64,000 nt of DNA from Pecten maximus (Eukaryota), in assembly GCF_902652985.1 (NCBI RefSeq), contig NC_047020.1:27404001-27468000 (forward strand), read 5' to 3'. Both the position numbers and the translations under genes were made by a program. The notes below the pieces were generated by a model. That model worked only from the letters and a program-made list of their open reading frames with translations, had not been told where the DNA came from and ran no database searches. This document shows, piece by piece, positions 36,349-50,490 of the stretch (position 1 is the stretch's first letter; each line of letters begins with the position of its first letter).

Positions 36349-38637
36349 GCCAACATTACATTATGTTAAAATATCTTTCAAATAGCCTCATGAAAAAAAG
36401 AGATAGTAGTAAAATCGAACAACAGTTTCTTGGTCGTTGGGGTATCTCGTTGAACGTTGACTGATATGTTTATAGTCGTCTGTAATAAATATGCTAATAA
36501 AATTTCAACAGGGCATGCCATTCTGATCGGACTATATTTAGGGAGACATATGCTGATAGAGCGAAAGATTAAAATATAAAATTAAAGTTTAAGTTAATGT
36601 CACGTATCACAATGGACAACTTTTGTCTTTTTAGTCCCATGGTGAATTAGAAATTCTTTTGGTCATTTACTCAATTTTAAGAAAAACCACGACCTTTTTA
36701 CAATAAGGATGCATCTGAAGTCAAACCATATCCGTCTTGGTCTACTGAGTATTAGGCCACAGCCGTACTTACTAGTCCAATGAGTAATGAGGAAGTAATA
36801 TCTACTTTTGCTTTGTAACAGGAAGTCCCCAGGTAAACGTGTGCGTCTGTATATCGACATTAATCACGGAAGATGTGATATATTATATCTGCAGGTGTGT
36901 TATACACAGGTAAGGTCATCCTCCAAATCTTATCTGAAGTTTTATACATATAGTTTGGTTATACCTGTACAGTATTGTTGCTGTCTTCTGCATGTGCAGG
37001 TATGATGGTAAACTCACTTATATACTGATATGGTTACAAGATACGTGGTGGTTTAACTCTACCCATTTCCAAGGTGACTACAGTTGTTACGGTTTACCAT
37101 GTGAAGGTTATGTTTAATGGGACAAAGTCTTATAATATTAGCTTAATAATGAGTAAATGTCGCCATGTCATTGTCGAAGGACAATGGAACATAATAACCC
37201 CTGTCTAGGCTAACACGATTACTTCCCTTAGTCCTATTGTTATCCATACTACCCGGTATTGATAGGTTAGACGATTCCGAGAAAAGTACATGTCAATACT
37301 CGTCATGCTTTCATGAAGAGTAAAATGATGCCTATTGTGAACAGCACACGAAAGATACGATATGGAAATGGATATGTTAAGAAGAGAAGAAAACTAATTT
37401 CCACCTGGCTGACTTCATTTGATGCTGGTATTCTGTAACAGTTATCCATGTTTGATGAACAATCACAAATTTAAAACAATTAAAAAAACAACAAAAAAAA
37501 ACCCAACAACAACAACAAAAATGCAAAAACAAAAAAACGCACACAATATAGATGTATTGGATGTTGAGCGAACACTGTATTTGATATGCGTCTTTATTAT
37601 CCCCACTGTCTCATATTTATGTTGTACGATCCCGCTTCAACACCCAGTTTCGATTACTTGATGACTATATGGACCTGAAATGTTATTACATAGAAGGCGA
37701 CGGAGGATAATACAAAAGTCGACCAAACAATGTCAAAATACCGACAAGGAAGTGCGACAGCCCACATACATATACAATGTGATTACAATCAATTGTTGTA
37801 TAATAGATTAAATGTATTCTGATATATAAATGATAATATATACGTGGGTATGTACAGAGATAGGACCTCCTCCGGTTAATACACTACAGTTTATATGTGA
37901 TAAAGTAAATTGGACGTCTTGAAAGGCAATAATTAAAATAGGATATATAAATCTTAGTCTCTATTTCGGGGACACTGGGGAAACCGTTGATGGCACCATT
38001 TCAATACTCACGATCTTTATATTTCTAGCTCTCTAGATCCCCCACTGCTCATTTTGGCGGGCACCTAGCAACGGTTAACCCTTAAGAAGCAAATACAGCT
38101 TTATCATATCTGGTGTGCATTCTAACAGGTGTAAAGTGTCACTTTAAGTGCATATTGGCACACACTATGGCTGTTGTACAGGTAATGTACCTCGTGTTAG
38201 GGATAATAACAAATAGTATTTGCTCACTAATAATATAAAGCTTCTTAGTTGTTTTATATTTTTATAAAATTATATTTTTCACATTCAACAAATCAATGTC
38301 GCGTTATTCCTCCTAAAAATCATAATGATAGCCCAAATAAAGCCTGGCTAAAAATAGTTGTTTTTTCTGAAAATAGATTATGAAGTATTTGTTCCTGCAT
38401 TGTCCAAAAAGTATGATAATTAATTTTTAACATCAACAAAGTCATATTAATAATAAATTATCAATCATTGCTTTTTGATCAGGCTTGTACAATGTTATCA
38501 TGTTAAAAGACAATTATATTTCCTTGTGCGACATGAAGGCATAGGAAGCTTGTATATATATGCCTGTTGGCTCCGTTTTGACCGTCCTCGTTTTAATTTT
38601 GAGGACGTGACTTAACACGTGTTTAGAATAGATTGGA

Positions 38638-38720
38638 ATGGCTGGTGTCGTCGGTGAAACAGAAGGCGCTTCTCCTCCCGAAACACCTAGTCTTATCACT
38701 GTACTACTTCATGGGTCTCC
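38638..38720 (+). mobile_element. Isolated terminal motif of the Penelope-like family, upstream of the first HSPA12 coding exon
   Basis: GGTGTCGTCGGTGAAACAGAAGGCGCTTCTCCTCCCGAAACACCTAGTCTTA aligns to the reverse complement of 1150-1202. Confidence 0.5.
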
Positions 38721-38902
38721 ATACAAATCTGTTTTATTCATATTTTGCCATTGTTCTATCGATTTTAAATTAAAATGTCGATACAAGCTAGTTATTTATA
38801 ACAGACCATTAACTTATATCTGAGAGAACTTTTAACGTGAGTATTACATGGTAAATATTATATAACGATTTTACTCATACCATTATCATCTTGCAGGATA
38901 CG

Positions 38903-41900
38903 ATGGAGTTTAACCCCATCATAGTTGCCGCCCTTGACTTCGGCACCACCTATTCTGGGTACGCCTTTCAGATGCGACATGACTACGAACGGGACCCACT
39001 AAAAATAAACACAAATTCATGGATTGGTAGTGGGAAACTGATGTCACAGAAAGCCCCTTCTTCCGTACTTCTCTCTCCGGACAAAAAATTCGATTCGTTT
39101 GGATATGATGCCGAAACCAAATATTCTGAATTGTCAGAGGAGAACAATCACAAAGGCTGGCTTTACTTCAGACACTTCAAAATGCTTCTACATAACAACA
39201 AGGCAAGCTGTTTGTAATGCTCCATTGAAATAATGTTATTGAATTTTAGCATACATAACAATATGATTGTTTAAGAATATTGAACAATTGTTTTGTTTTA
39301 TATACCATTTTACCAACAGTAAGCAGCCAGTATTGTTACTGTTTTTTGTTACGCATTCAACTTCATAAGGTAAATCTAACCAAAATGTAAGAATAAGCGG
39401 ATAACAAATTGATAAGGTATCTCACAAGCACAAGTCTAACAAGATTATACTAATAGTCCATAACAATCCTCCAATCATACAATGCGTTACATCCCTAACA
39501 ACTACATTTATTATTCTAAATGAAATATAATTACTCATACAATTTAATTACCTGCATGTTCGATTTGTGTCCAACCAGACACTTGGTCGGTCTACACTAA
39601 TAAAGGATATCAATGGGGAGATGATGCCGGCCAAGACCATCTTTTCCATGGCGATACGGTATCTGAGGGAACACCTCTTAGGCATGGCCCAGAAGCAGGT
39701 AGTAAGCGATTTGGATGAGGGTATGATCGGCTGGGTGATCACAGTACCGGCCATCTGGGACGAAGGTGCCAAACAGTTCATGAGGGAAGCGGCGCAAGTT
39801 GTACGTGCTTTTATATCTTAATATATTTTCTTTGTAGTGGAACTAGGATCCATTCCAAAAATATCGTAGTTCTTTTTCTCAACAACAGAATGCTATCAAG
39901 CATAATTCTAGGTTTAGGTGCAAACTCACCACGAATGAGATGCTATTCCGCGATCCGGTGATAACAACCATTTGTTTTAATGTATTTTACTCTCATTCAA
40001 CTTTATACAAGTAATGCTCTGATAATTTTACTTAATAAGGAAGTTACGATTGTGTGTTTGGCTTAAGATACTTCTGTAGATTATAATTTATCGTAACGTG
40101 TAATCAAGGGAAATCAAATTTCAGTCAGACTGTTGTCTTAATCATTCAAGGCTTTGCAAACAACACAAACGATAATTGAGTTCTTCTTTTGACTTTATCA
40201 TCTTTAACAGTTATGGATTACATTTGTTAAGATCCACCTTTTTTGAGTGTAAATACAAATCCATCATAATCAGTAAATCACTTCATATTAAAGAGAAACC
40301 TCAACTCCCTCCTATCAAAATCTCCCACGCACAAGGCTTAGTATGAATGTTGCTGTACATATATTTAGAGAAAAACATGATATCACTTTGCTTCTGCAAA
40401 TTTTGACAAGCAGAAATGCACTGTATGATAATACATATATTAAGTTTACTGTTTTGTCTCCCAAAGGCCGGTATATGTACTGACTATCTCAAATTGGCGT
40501 TGGAGCCTGAGGCTGCCTCCCTGTACTGTATGAAAGAGCATGCCATTCGTGTGTGTGAAGAAAGCACGGGACGAACACCAACTCCATTGTTCGAGGAGGG
40601 TTCCAAGTTTATTGTGGTAGACATGGGAGGTTAGTACACATCCAGTTTTATCAATTAGTAATGTTACGCGTGTGTTATTTATCTCTATATTTAAGGCCAG
40701 GTACAAAATGTTGATGTTTATGATTATTTGATACAAGTCTACAAGGATTGTACAAAAGAAATATAAGATATAAGAACATTTTAATGCAAATTGAGTTGAG
40801 TCATACTTCTAGGGCTCTTCATTGATGCTAAGGACATACAGAGTTGTTACATAAGAGGCGACTAAGGGAATTGAAACAAGTCGAAGGAAATGTTAAAGTC
40901 TAAACGAGGAGGTGTAATAGCCGCATTAATATGAATATCAATATTAGATTCCAAAAGAACATATACTATTCTGAACCGTATAATCTGAACCGTGTCACTG
41001 TTCAAATAAGTTTTAATTTTTAAAAACGTGAAATACCTATAACAATGTATAGCAAATCTCGGGATCAATGATCACCAGAAGTGTCTACCACCTATTATCT
41101 AAAAACCGTTTTAAATCGCTCATTACATAACATCAACCGTAAACAAAGAGTCTTGTCTTATTGACAACATAAAATATATACTGTTTATGCCAAGATCTGA
41201 ATATTGATTAATATTATTATAAATCTGTGTAGTTCAGTAAATACATTACATTTTTTTTAAATAAGATTATAAAATTGCAGTTAAGTACAGATTCGTATTA
41301 TATTACAATGTCTACCCCTTTTGTAGGTTTTGTTTATATATACAAAACACAAGACTTTTGCTCTACAGGAGGAACAATTGATATGACAGTACACCAAATA
41401 ACAGACGGTCAACGCATCCGAGAGATCCGACGAGCGTCGGGCGGAGCATGTGGTGGCACCACAGTGGACAATGCTTTCCGAACGTTCTTACAGCAAGTTT
41501 TCGGCAACGAGGTCCTGGAGGCACTTAAGAAGGATTCTATGACAGACTATATCGAGTTGTTTAGAGATTTTGAGGTGAAGAAAAGGGCATTTAAATCCGA
41601 GTGTGGTAGGAAAATCGTGTTTCACATTCCAGTAGCACTAGTAGATCTGTATCACTCTATGACTGGCACTAAGCTTGCGGACAGTATCGAAAAGTCTACT
41701 AAGCTTTCCAAATGTGTTTCTATGAAAAGAGACAAAATGCATATTGGTTTCGAGGTGTGTACGGAGTTCTTCGGCGAGGCAGTATCAGGAACATTGAGTC
41801 ACGTGCTAGATATCATGACAGACGATATCACTATGGTAGTGTTAGTGGGTGGGTTCTCAGAATCGTCTCTCATACAGGCAAACTTCCAAGAGATGTTCCC

Positions 41901-42420
41901 AAACAAGTCCATCATCTGCCCACAGGATCCTGGACTGGCTGTTCTAAAAGGCGCTGTAATGTATGGGTTTGATCCCAGTCTCATCCAGTCCAGAGTTATG
42001 AAGTATACTTATGGTATAGAGGTGAACAATGTTTTTGAACCAAAAATGCATTCACCTGAATACAGATTCTGGAGCCCAAGAGACAACCAATGGTATTGTT
42101 CCAAATGCTTTGATGCGTTTGTCACGGCAGAAGAAGAGGTGAAGGATGGAAGCGTCGTGACAAAGTTCTACAGTCCTGGAAACAAACAAAATGAAGTGGA
42201 ATTCACTGTGTATGCCTCCAACCAGATACCAACTTACATCAACGAACCGTCCTGTTTCCAAATCGGCAAGATCAAAGTGCAACGCCCACCCCAAGGTTGG
42301 AATCCACAAGCTATGCTCCAGGTAGATATACTTTTTGGAGGCACAGAGTTCACTGTGAAGGTGTCAGATACTTGCCAAGGTTCATCGTATATAAACAAAT
42401 TCGACTTCTTGCGGTCATGA
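38903..42420 (+). CDS. HSPA12: Heat shock 70 kDa protein 12 (HSPA12A/B-like), 578 aa. Exons 38903-39202, 39579-39800, 40467-40629, 41369-42420
   Basis: Motifs AALDFGTTYSGYAF, FGYDAE..Y, WVITVPAIW..GAKQFMREAA, LALEPEAASLYC, VDMGGGTID, GGACGG, LVGGFSES, LAVLKGAV.YG and FGGTE. Exon phases 0,0,1 join without stops; the first intron is GC-AG. Confidence 0.95.
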
Positions 42421-42861
42421 CTTTGTAAAACAATTTTATATTCTTTATGTGAGTTTGATGCTGCTTAATGTGAAATGCTTAGTGCTGTACTTCTAGTGAC
42501 TTCCGGTTGCATATGTCCTCAGCTATTGCTAGAACGCAAAAAGCCCAAACAAATAAAACCAAACCTAATGTGCGTATACTGCCATACTTTGGCCAATTGG
42601 AGGACCGAGTATTCGCTAGTCAAGGCCATACACAACTAGATTTGATCAAGATCAAAACACGGGATTTCCAACAAGAAAATGATCGCAGACATGTTCTCGT
42701 TCTGACGAACGCTTTCTACGTTTTACCTACGATTTCTCTTCGTTTTCTCTTCGCTTCCCTTCTTTAACCAATCTTTAAAATAAGGTTTTCTTTCACATAC
42801 GATGAAAATAAACCGTTTTAAAAGAATTTGAATTTTTCGATTTTGTATCATTTGACCTCCG

Positions 42862-43780
42862 TGAATCGTGTATCTCGTACCTTGTATCGTGTAAAGTGTA
42901 CCTGTATCTCGTACCTTGTATCGTGTTTACTGTACTGTTAATAGTGTATCTCGTACCTTGTATCGTGTTAACTGTACTGTGAATTGTGTATCTCGTACCT
43001 TGTATCGTGTTTACTGAACAGTGAATCGTGTATCTCGTACCTTGTCCTGTTTACTGTACTGTGAATTGTGTATCCCGTACCTTGTATCGTGTTAACTGTA
43101 CTGTGAATTGTGTATCTCGTACCTTGTATCGTGTTTACTGAACTGTGAATCGTGTATCCCGTACCTTGTATCGTGTTAACTGTACTGTGAATTGTGTATC
43201 TCGTACCGTGTTTACTGTATTATGAATCCTGTTCCATGTATCGTGTATCCCGTATTGTATCATGTATCCAGTAACATTTATCGTCTATCCCGTATCGTGT
43301 ATTCCATAGCGTGTATAGCGTATCTGGTACCTTGTATCGTGTTTACTGTACCCTGTATCTCGTACCTTGTATCGTGTTTACTGAACCGTGAATCGTGTAT
43401 CTCGTACCTTGTATCGTGATCGTGTTTGTCATACCGTGTATCGTGTTTACTGAACCGTATATCGTGTATCCCGTACAACGTATCGTGAATCCTTAACGTG
43501 TATTGTGTAAACTGTACCATGTATCTCGTACCAAGTATCGTGTATAACGTACAGTGTAGCATGTATCTAGTAACATGTATCATGCATACCGTACCGTGTA
43601 TCTCGTACCAAGTACCTTGTATCTCGTACCAAGTATTGTGTATACCGTTCCGTGTTTCGTATGTACTGTACCGTATATAGTGTAGCCCACACCATGTATC
43701 GTGTTTACTGTATCGTACGTCGTGTATCCCGTAAAAATATTGCTAATCCTGTACCGTGTATCGTGTATACCATACCGTTA
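42862..43780. repeat. TGTATC-rich minisatellite (about 45-bp unit decaying into simpler repeats)
   Basis: Repeats of GTGTATCTCGTACCTTGTATCGTGTTTACTGTACTGTGAATT. Confidence 0.9.
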
Positions 43781-43810
43781 TCTTTGGTTTTTTGTTGTTG
43801 TTTTTTTTTG

Positions 43811-45010
43811 CAATTTGACCTTGAAACGTTGCATATATCTTCATAAGAGCATTTTCTTCTATAGATGATCAAAATAAACAGATTGTAAAAGAATTTGAAT
43901 TTTTTGATTTTTTGTCATTTGACCTCGGTGACCTTGAACGAAGGTCAAGGTCAATGAAAAGTAAAAGAATTTGTAGGCATCCTTATATGCTATTACTGTG
44001 CCAAATATCATATCTGTGTATGTAAAGATATTGCAGCAGAGGGTAATTAAGTGCATTTTTGGGACAAATTTGAATTTTGGCGGGAAAACGAACATTTTTT
44101 AAAGTGCCATATCTACGTCATTTTTTATCGCAGGACCATAAAACTTGCACAGTTCCTCTTAATTAAACATGCACTTTAAAATATATATTATATATTATAT
44201 AATTTTGTTTTTGAATTTTTGACCTTGATTTGACCTCAGGCTTAGACCTTGACCTTGACATGTTTTCTGATAACATGTTACAGAGAAAAGTCAGCCCTGA
44301 CCATAACCTACAAGATGAACCGATTGTGCAAGAAAAAAAACGAACTAACAAAGAGCTCCAGTTAAAAGATTTTTTTTAAATTTTAGTTTTTGGGATTATT
44401 TAACCTTGAATGAAGGTCAAGGTAAATGATAAGTGATAATTTTTGTAGCCATTCTTATATGCTATTGTTGTGCCAAAATTCAAGTCTGTAGGTGTATAGA
44501 TGACGGAGAAGAAGCATTTTAAGTGCATTTTTGCCTGATTTTTGAATTTTGGCGGGAAAAACTTTGAAATTTTCAAAGTGCCATATCTCCGTCATTTTTT
44601 ATCCGATTATCAAAAAATTTGCACACTCCGTCTCAGTGGTTCATGTTCTTTCAAGCGAGATGAAAAAATATTTAGTTTCAGAAATTTTTTTCCGACATTT
44701 TGTTTACCCCATAGCGAGGTCGTGACCTTGACATATTCTCTGATAACATGGCATGGGTAAAAGTTAGCCCCGACCATGATCTACAAGACGCACTAGGTGC
44801 GTATGGAATCGAACGATTTTTCATGAAGTTATGGTCGTTCTAAAATCGTTTTTAAAAAATCTATTTTTAGATCTGTGACCTTGACCTTTGAACGTACGAT
44901 CAACAAAATGTTAGTGTAATGTTCGGCTCGTAGTTCTCTATCATGTACTAAAATATGAACGTTTTGTCCGTTTCCGTTTTCGAACGAAAGTGTTATCAAG
45001 AAGTGTTAAG
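43811..45010. mobile_element. Helentron-associated (HINE-like) element with TGACCTTG motifs and internal duplication
   Basis: Repeated TGACCTTGA..AAGGTCAAGGTCA hairpins; two internal units of about 470 bp (43930-44330 and 44400-44790); a homologous stub at 42800-42862 before the minisatellite. Confidence 0.65.
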
Positions 45011-46189
45011 AATAATAATTAATTAAATAAGTATTTATATAATAATCCGAATTTTTATGTTAATGACCGTAGCGACCAAACAACAACTGTTCTGAATACA
45101 TATTGACAAAATTAGATGATCTGACCACACGGGGACATTGTACGATGTTTACTTGCCGAAATATACGCATTTTAATTCCAATCCAAACCGCCTCACAGCT
45201 TCGGGTCGCCATCTTTGCTCATATCAAAACATCTGTGCGTTTGAAAGAGTCAGTACTGCAAAGCTTCTAAATGATCTTGTGTTACAAATTTTAGGATTAT
45301 AATAGAAACGAAATATGGATTTTAAAATAATTTGATTTAAATTACTTATGCATTAGGTTAGCGAATCGTAGCAATTATTTACAATGCACTCTAACGTTGT
45401 AATATTCAAAGTGGGTAGTTCCATTTGTGCACAGGTGTGTTAACAAAACATAGTGATTAGGAATACTACTGTGTCCAGCAGGGTGCTGTTTTGGACCCTT
45501 CGTTTTTGTTACAATTTTATATTGACAACACATGGATTGTATCATTTATTTTTGATGCATGGTTTACACATATTCAAGTAACTATGTGATCAATTGTTCA
45601 CATGTTATGTCGCTAAATCTAGACCAGTATAAATACAAATGATGCAGCTGATGATGAGGTTTGTTACATTATTAACAACTAACAGATATACATGTACATG
45701 TATATATATAAAGCACCTATTTCCCCTAAATGACTATAGACTTGTCTGTAATCAATATGCTAATCAAAGTTCAACACAACAGGTAATTCTGGTCGGACTA
45801 TAGTAATACTGTAAAAGTACATATTTTAGCGGTAATATGATTTTAGTGCTTTTCGCGCCTTCCGTTCAATTATGTATCTGTAATTAAATGATATATATTG
45901 GATTATATGACAAGTATTATAAGTGCACCAAATCATCATTTTGCTAATATGTTTAAAAACGGTCGATTACGCCAAGAATAAATACATGGATACTGGTTCA
46001 TAAAACACCATTGTTTATATGTAGCTGAATGTAGATTTTACTGATACTTTACTTATTTTATGGTGTACTGTAGAGTGTCGTGTAGTAAACGCACTGTACA
46101 TTGATTTAATGTCACGAGTACTTAATATTGTCTTTTTACCGTTATGTCTGTGTCTCTCATTATGATCTTAAAGGCGTGAAAAAGAACAA

Positions 46190-48710
46190 ACAAGGGAAGA
46201 GAGCACCTTTAAATAGCAGTCTATTAAGAACCAATAAGGTAAGAGAGTGACATTACATTAAATAGCAATCTAGTAAGGACAAATAAGGGAGGAGAACACC
46301 TTTCAATAGCAGTCTAGTAAGGACAAATAAGGGAGGAGAGCACCTTTCAATAGCAGTCTAGTAAGGACAAATAAGGGAAGACAGCGCATTTAAATAGCAA
46401 TCTAGTAAGGACAAATAAGGGAAGACAGCGCATTTAAATAGCAATCTAGTAAGGACAAATAAGGGAGGAGAGCACCTTTCAATAGCAATCTAGTAAGGAC
46501 AAATAAGGGAAGAGAGAGCATTAAATAGCAACCTATTAAGGACAAATAAGGGAGGAGAGCAACTTTCAATAGCAATCTAGAAAGGACAAATAAGGGAGGA
46601 GAGCGCCTCTAAATAACAATCTAGAAAAGACAAATAAGGGAAGAGAGAGCATTAAATAGCAATATATTAAGGACAAATAAGGGAGGAGAGCACCTTTCAA
46701 TAGCAGTCTAGTAAGGACAAATAAGGGAAGAGAGAGCATTAAATAGCAGTCTAGTAAGGACAAATAAGGGAAGAGAGCGCATTTAAATAGCAATCTATTA
46801 AGGACAAATAAGGGAGGAGAGCGCATTTAAATAGCAATCTAGTAAGGACAAATAAGGGAAGAGAGCGCATTTAAATAGCAATCTAGTAAGGACAAATAAG
46901 GGAGGAGAGCGCATTTAAATAACAATCTAGTAAGGACAAATAAGGGAGGAGAGCGCATTTAAATAGCAATCTAGTAAGGACAAATAAGGGAGGAGAGAGC
47001 ATTAAATAGCAATCTAGTAAGGACAAATAAGGGAAGAGAGAGCATTTAAATAGCAATCTAGTAAGGACAAATAAGGGAGGAGAGCACCTCTAAATAACAA
47101 TCTATTAAGGACAAATAAGGGAGGAGAGCACCTCTAAATAACAATCTATTAAGGACAAATAAGGGAAGAGAGAGCATTAAATAGCAATCTAGTAAGGACA
47201 AATAAGGGAGGAGAGCGCCTCTAAATAACAATCTAGTAAGGACAAATAAGGGAGGAGAGCGCCTCTAAATAACAATCTAGAAAGGACAAATAAGGGAAGA
47301 GAGAGCATTAAATAGCAATCTATTAAGGACAAATAAGGGAGGAGAGCGCATTTAAATAGCAATCTAGTAAGGACAAATAAGGGAGGAGAGCGCCTCTAAA
47401 TAACAATCTAGAAAGGACAAATAAGGGAAGAGAGAGCATTAAATAGCAATCTATTAAGGACAAATAAGGGAGGAGAGCACCTTTCAATAGCAGTCTAGTA
47501 AGGACAAATAAGGGAGGAGAGCACCTTTCAATAGCAGTCTAGTAAGGACAAATAAGGGAAGAGAGCGCATTTAAATAGCAATCTAGTAAGGACAAATAAG
47601 GGAGGAGGGCAACTTTCAATAGCAGTCTAGTAAGGACAAATAAGGGAGGAGGGCACCTTTCAATAGCAGTCTAGTAAGGACAAATAAGGGAGGAGGGCAA
47701 CTTTCAATAGCAGTCTAGTAAGGACAAATAAGGGAGGAGAGCACCTTTACATTAAGCAAATATACTTCTTGCAAGGATAAGTAAGAGAGGAGAGCGCCTC
47801 TAAATAGCAATCTAGTAAGGACAAATAATGAAAATGAGAGCATTTAAATAGATATCTAGTCAGGACAAATAATGGAACAGAGAGCATTTAAAATGCAATT
47901 TGGTAAGGATAAATAAGGGAGGAGAGCGCCTTTAAATAGCATCTAGTAAGGATAAACAAGGGAACATAGCGCATTTATAAAGCAACCTAGTAAGGACAAA
48001 TAACGGAAGGAGCTCCTTTATATAGCAACCTAGTAAGGATAAATAACGGAAGGGGCTCCTTTATATAGCAACCTAGTAAGGATAAATAACGGAAGGAGCT
48101 CCTTTATATAGCAACCTAGTCAGGATAAATAACAGAAGGAGCTCCTTTATATAGCAACCTAGTAAGGATAAATAACAGGAGCTCCTTTATATAGCAACTT
48201 AGTAAGGATAAATAACAGAAGGGGCTCCTTTATATAGCAACCTAGTAAGGATAAATAACAGAAGGAGCTCCTTTATATAGCAACCTAGTAAGGATAAATA
48301 ACAGAAGGGGCTCCTTTATATAGCAACCTAGTAAGGACAAATAACGGAAGGGGCTCCTTTATATAGCAACCTAGTAAGGATAAATAAGAGAAGGAGCTCC
48401 TTTATATAGCAACCTAGTAAGGATAAATAACAGAAGGAGCTCCTTTATATAGCAACCTAGTAAGGATAAATAACAGAAGGGGCTCCTTTAAATAGCAACC
48501 TAGTAAGGACAAATAACGGAAGGGGCTCCTTTATATAGCAAACTAGTAAGGATAAATAACAGAAGGGGCTCCTTTATATAGCAACCTAGTGAGGATAAAT
48601 AACGGAAGGAGCTCCTTTATATAGCAACCTAGTAAGGATAAATAACGGAAGGAGCTCCTTTATATAGCAACCTAGTGAGGATAAATAACAGAAGGGGCTC
48701 CTTTAAATAA
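46190..48710. repeat. 44-bp satellite grading into a related 43-bp variant
   Basis: TAGTAAGGACAAATAAGGGAGGAGAGCACCTTTCAATAGCAGTC up to about 47750; TAGTAAGGATAAATAACGGAAGGGGCTCCTTTATATAGCAACC from about 47990. Confidence 0.96.
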
Positions 48711-49379
48711 GGGAAAAGATCAAACAATAATACCAAAGTCGTTTGCATCCGGTAAGTATTTATAGAAAAATATTACCCCTCACTCCTAGTAGAATAGTAA
48801 CCAAATGGTGACGCCTGTGGTAATACATATTAAAAGTATATGAAAAATAATGAGGAAACTGCATCATTCAACTGTTTCGCCATTTTAGATCGGGTGGAAA
48901 TAATCCCTTCTAACAACGTATCAGCATGTGAACATGCATTACTCAGTTGCTGAACACCATCATGGTGTTGTCTACTTCAAATTTGTAAAAGCAGATCATG
49001 CATCATTCCGATTTATCAGAGTTACTTCCCTTTTTGACATTTTGTCAGTACGAGAATGATTTTTATGTACCTACACTCCAAACCTCAATTCACATTCCAA
49101 TCTAAGTGGTTTCAATGACTATGATATTGTATAGGCATTATAGTATCTTCTGTTCATAGTTGTTGGTTTTCATGTACAGATATAATTATACATTGTATAG
49201 TCAAAATTATCTACTGTGCCATGCTAGTCTGGACAATACTGTGATAGTCAGTAGAACTGGGCTAGTCCCTGTTGTCGTTTGATTTTCAGTGTAACCATCT
49301 TAAGTGTCACCACTTAGGGTTTTATCAACAAAATGTCAGGAATTTTTTTTTGGCCTGGACACTTTCATTTCTGTGACAC

Positions 49380-50490
49380 CTATAGTTAATCCAAACACTG
49401 ATTTATATTTCACTATAACCTAGTTAGTCCAAATACTGATTTATGTTTCACTATAACCTAGTTAGTCCAAACACTGATTTATGTTTCACTATAACCTAGT
49501 TTGTCCAAACACTGATTTATATTTCAATATAACCTAGTTAGTCCAAACACTGATTTGTGTTTCACTATAACCTAGTTAGTCCAAACACTGATTTATGTTT
49601 CAATATAACCTAGTTAGTCCAAACACTGATTTATATTTCACTGTAACCTAGTTAGTCCAAATACTGATTTATATTTCACTGTAACCTAGTTAGTCCAAAC
49701 ACTGATTTATGTTTCACTATAACCTAGTTAGTCCAAACACTGATTTATATTTCAATATAACCTAGTTAGTCCAAACACTGATTTATGTTTCACTACAACC
49801 TAGTTAGTCCAAATACTGATTTATGTTTCACTATAACCTAGTTTGTCCAAACACTGATTTATGTTTCACTATAACCTAGTTTGTCCAAACACTGATTTAT
49901 ATTTCAATATAACCTAGTTAGTCCAAACACTGATTTATGTTTCACTATAACCTAGTTTGTCCAAACACTGATTTATGTTTCACTATAACCTAGTTAGTCC
50001 AAACACTGATTTATGTTTCAATATAGCCTAGTTAGTCCAAACACTGATTTATGTTTCACTATAACCTAGTTTGTCCAAACACTGATTTATATTTCAATAT
50101 AACCTAGTTAGTCCAAACACTGATTTATATTTCACTGTAACCTAGTTAGTCCAAATACTGATTTATGTTTCACTATAACCTAGTTAGTCCAAACACTGAT
50201 TTATGTTTCAATATAACCTAGTTAGTCCAAACACTGATTTATGTTTCACTATAACCTAGTTTGTCCAAACACTGATTTTTTTTCATTATAACCTAGTTCT
50301 GATTTGTTTCCCTATAACCTATATATAGCTATAGTTAGCCTGAATAATGATTTGTTTCACTCAAACCTAGTTAATCTGAACACAGATTTGTGTTTCCCTT
50401 TAACCTAGTTAATCTGAACACAGATTTGTGTTTCACTATAACCTAGTTAATCTGAACAGATTTGTGTCTCACTATAACCTAGTTAGCCTT
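49380..50490. repeat. 38-bp minisatellite
   Basis: (ATAACCTAGTTAGTCCAAACACTGATTTATGTTTCACT)n. Confidence 0.96.

Noticed and set aside
36820-37010. Cluster of CAG|GT donor-like sites upstream of HSPA12 as possible 5'UTR exons
   Set aside because: Non-coding exons cannot be validated from sequence alone.
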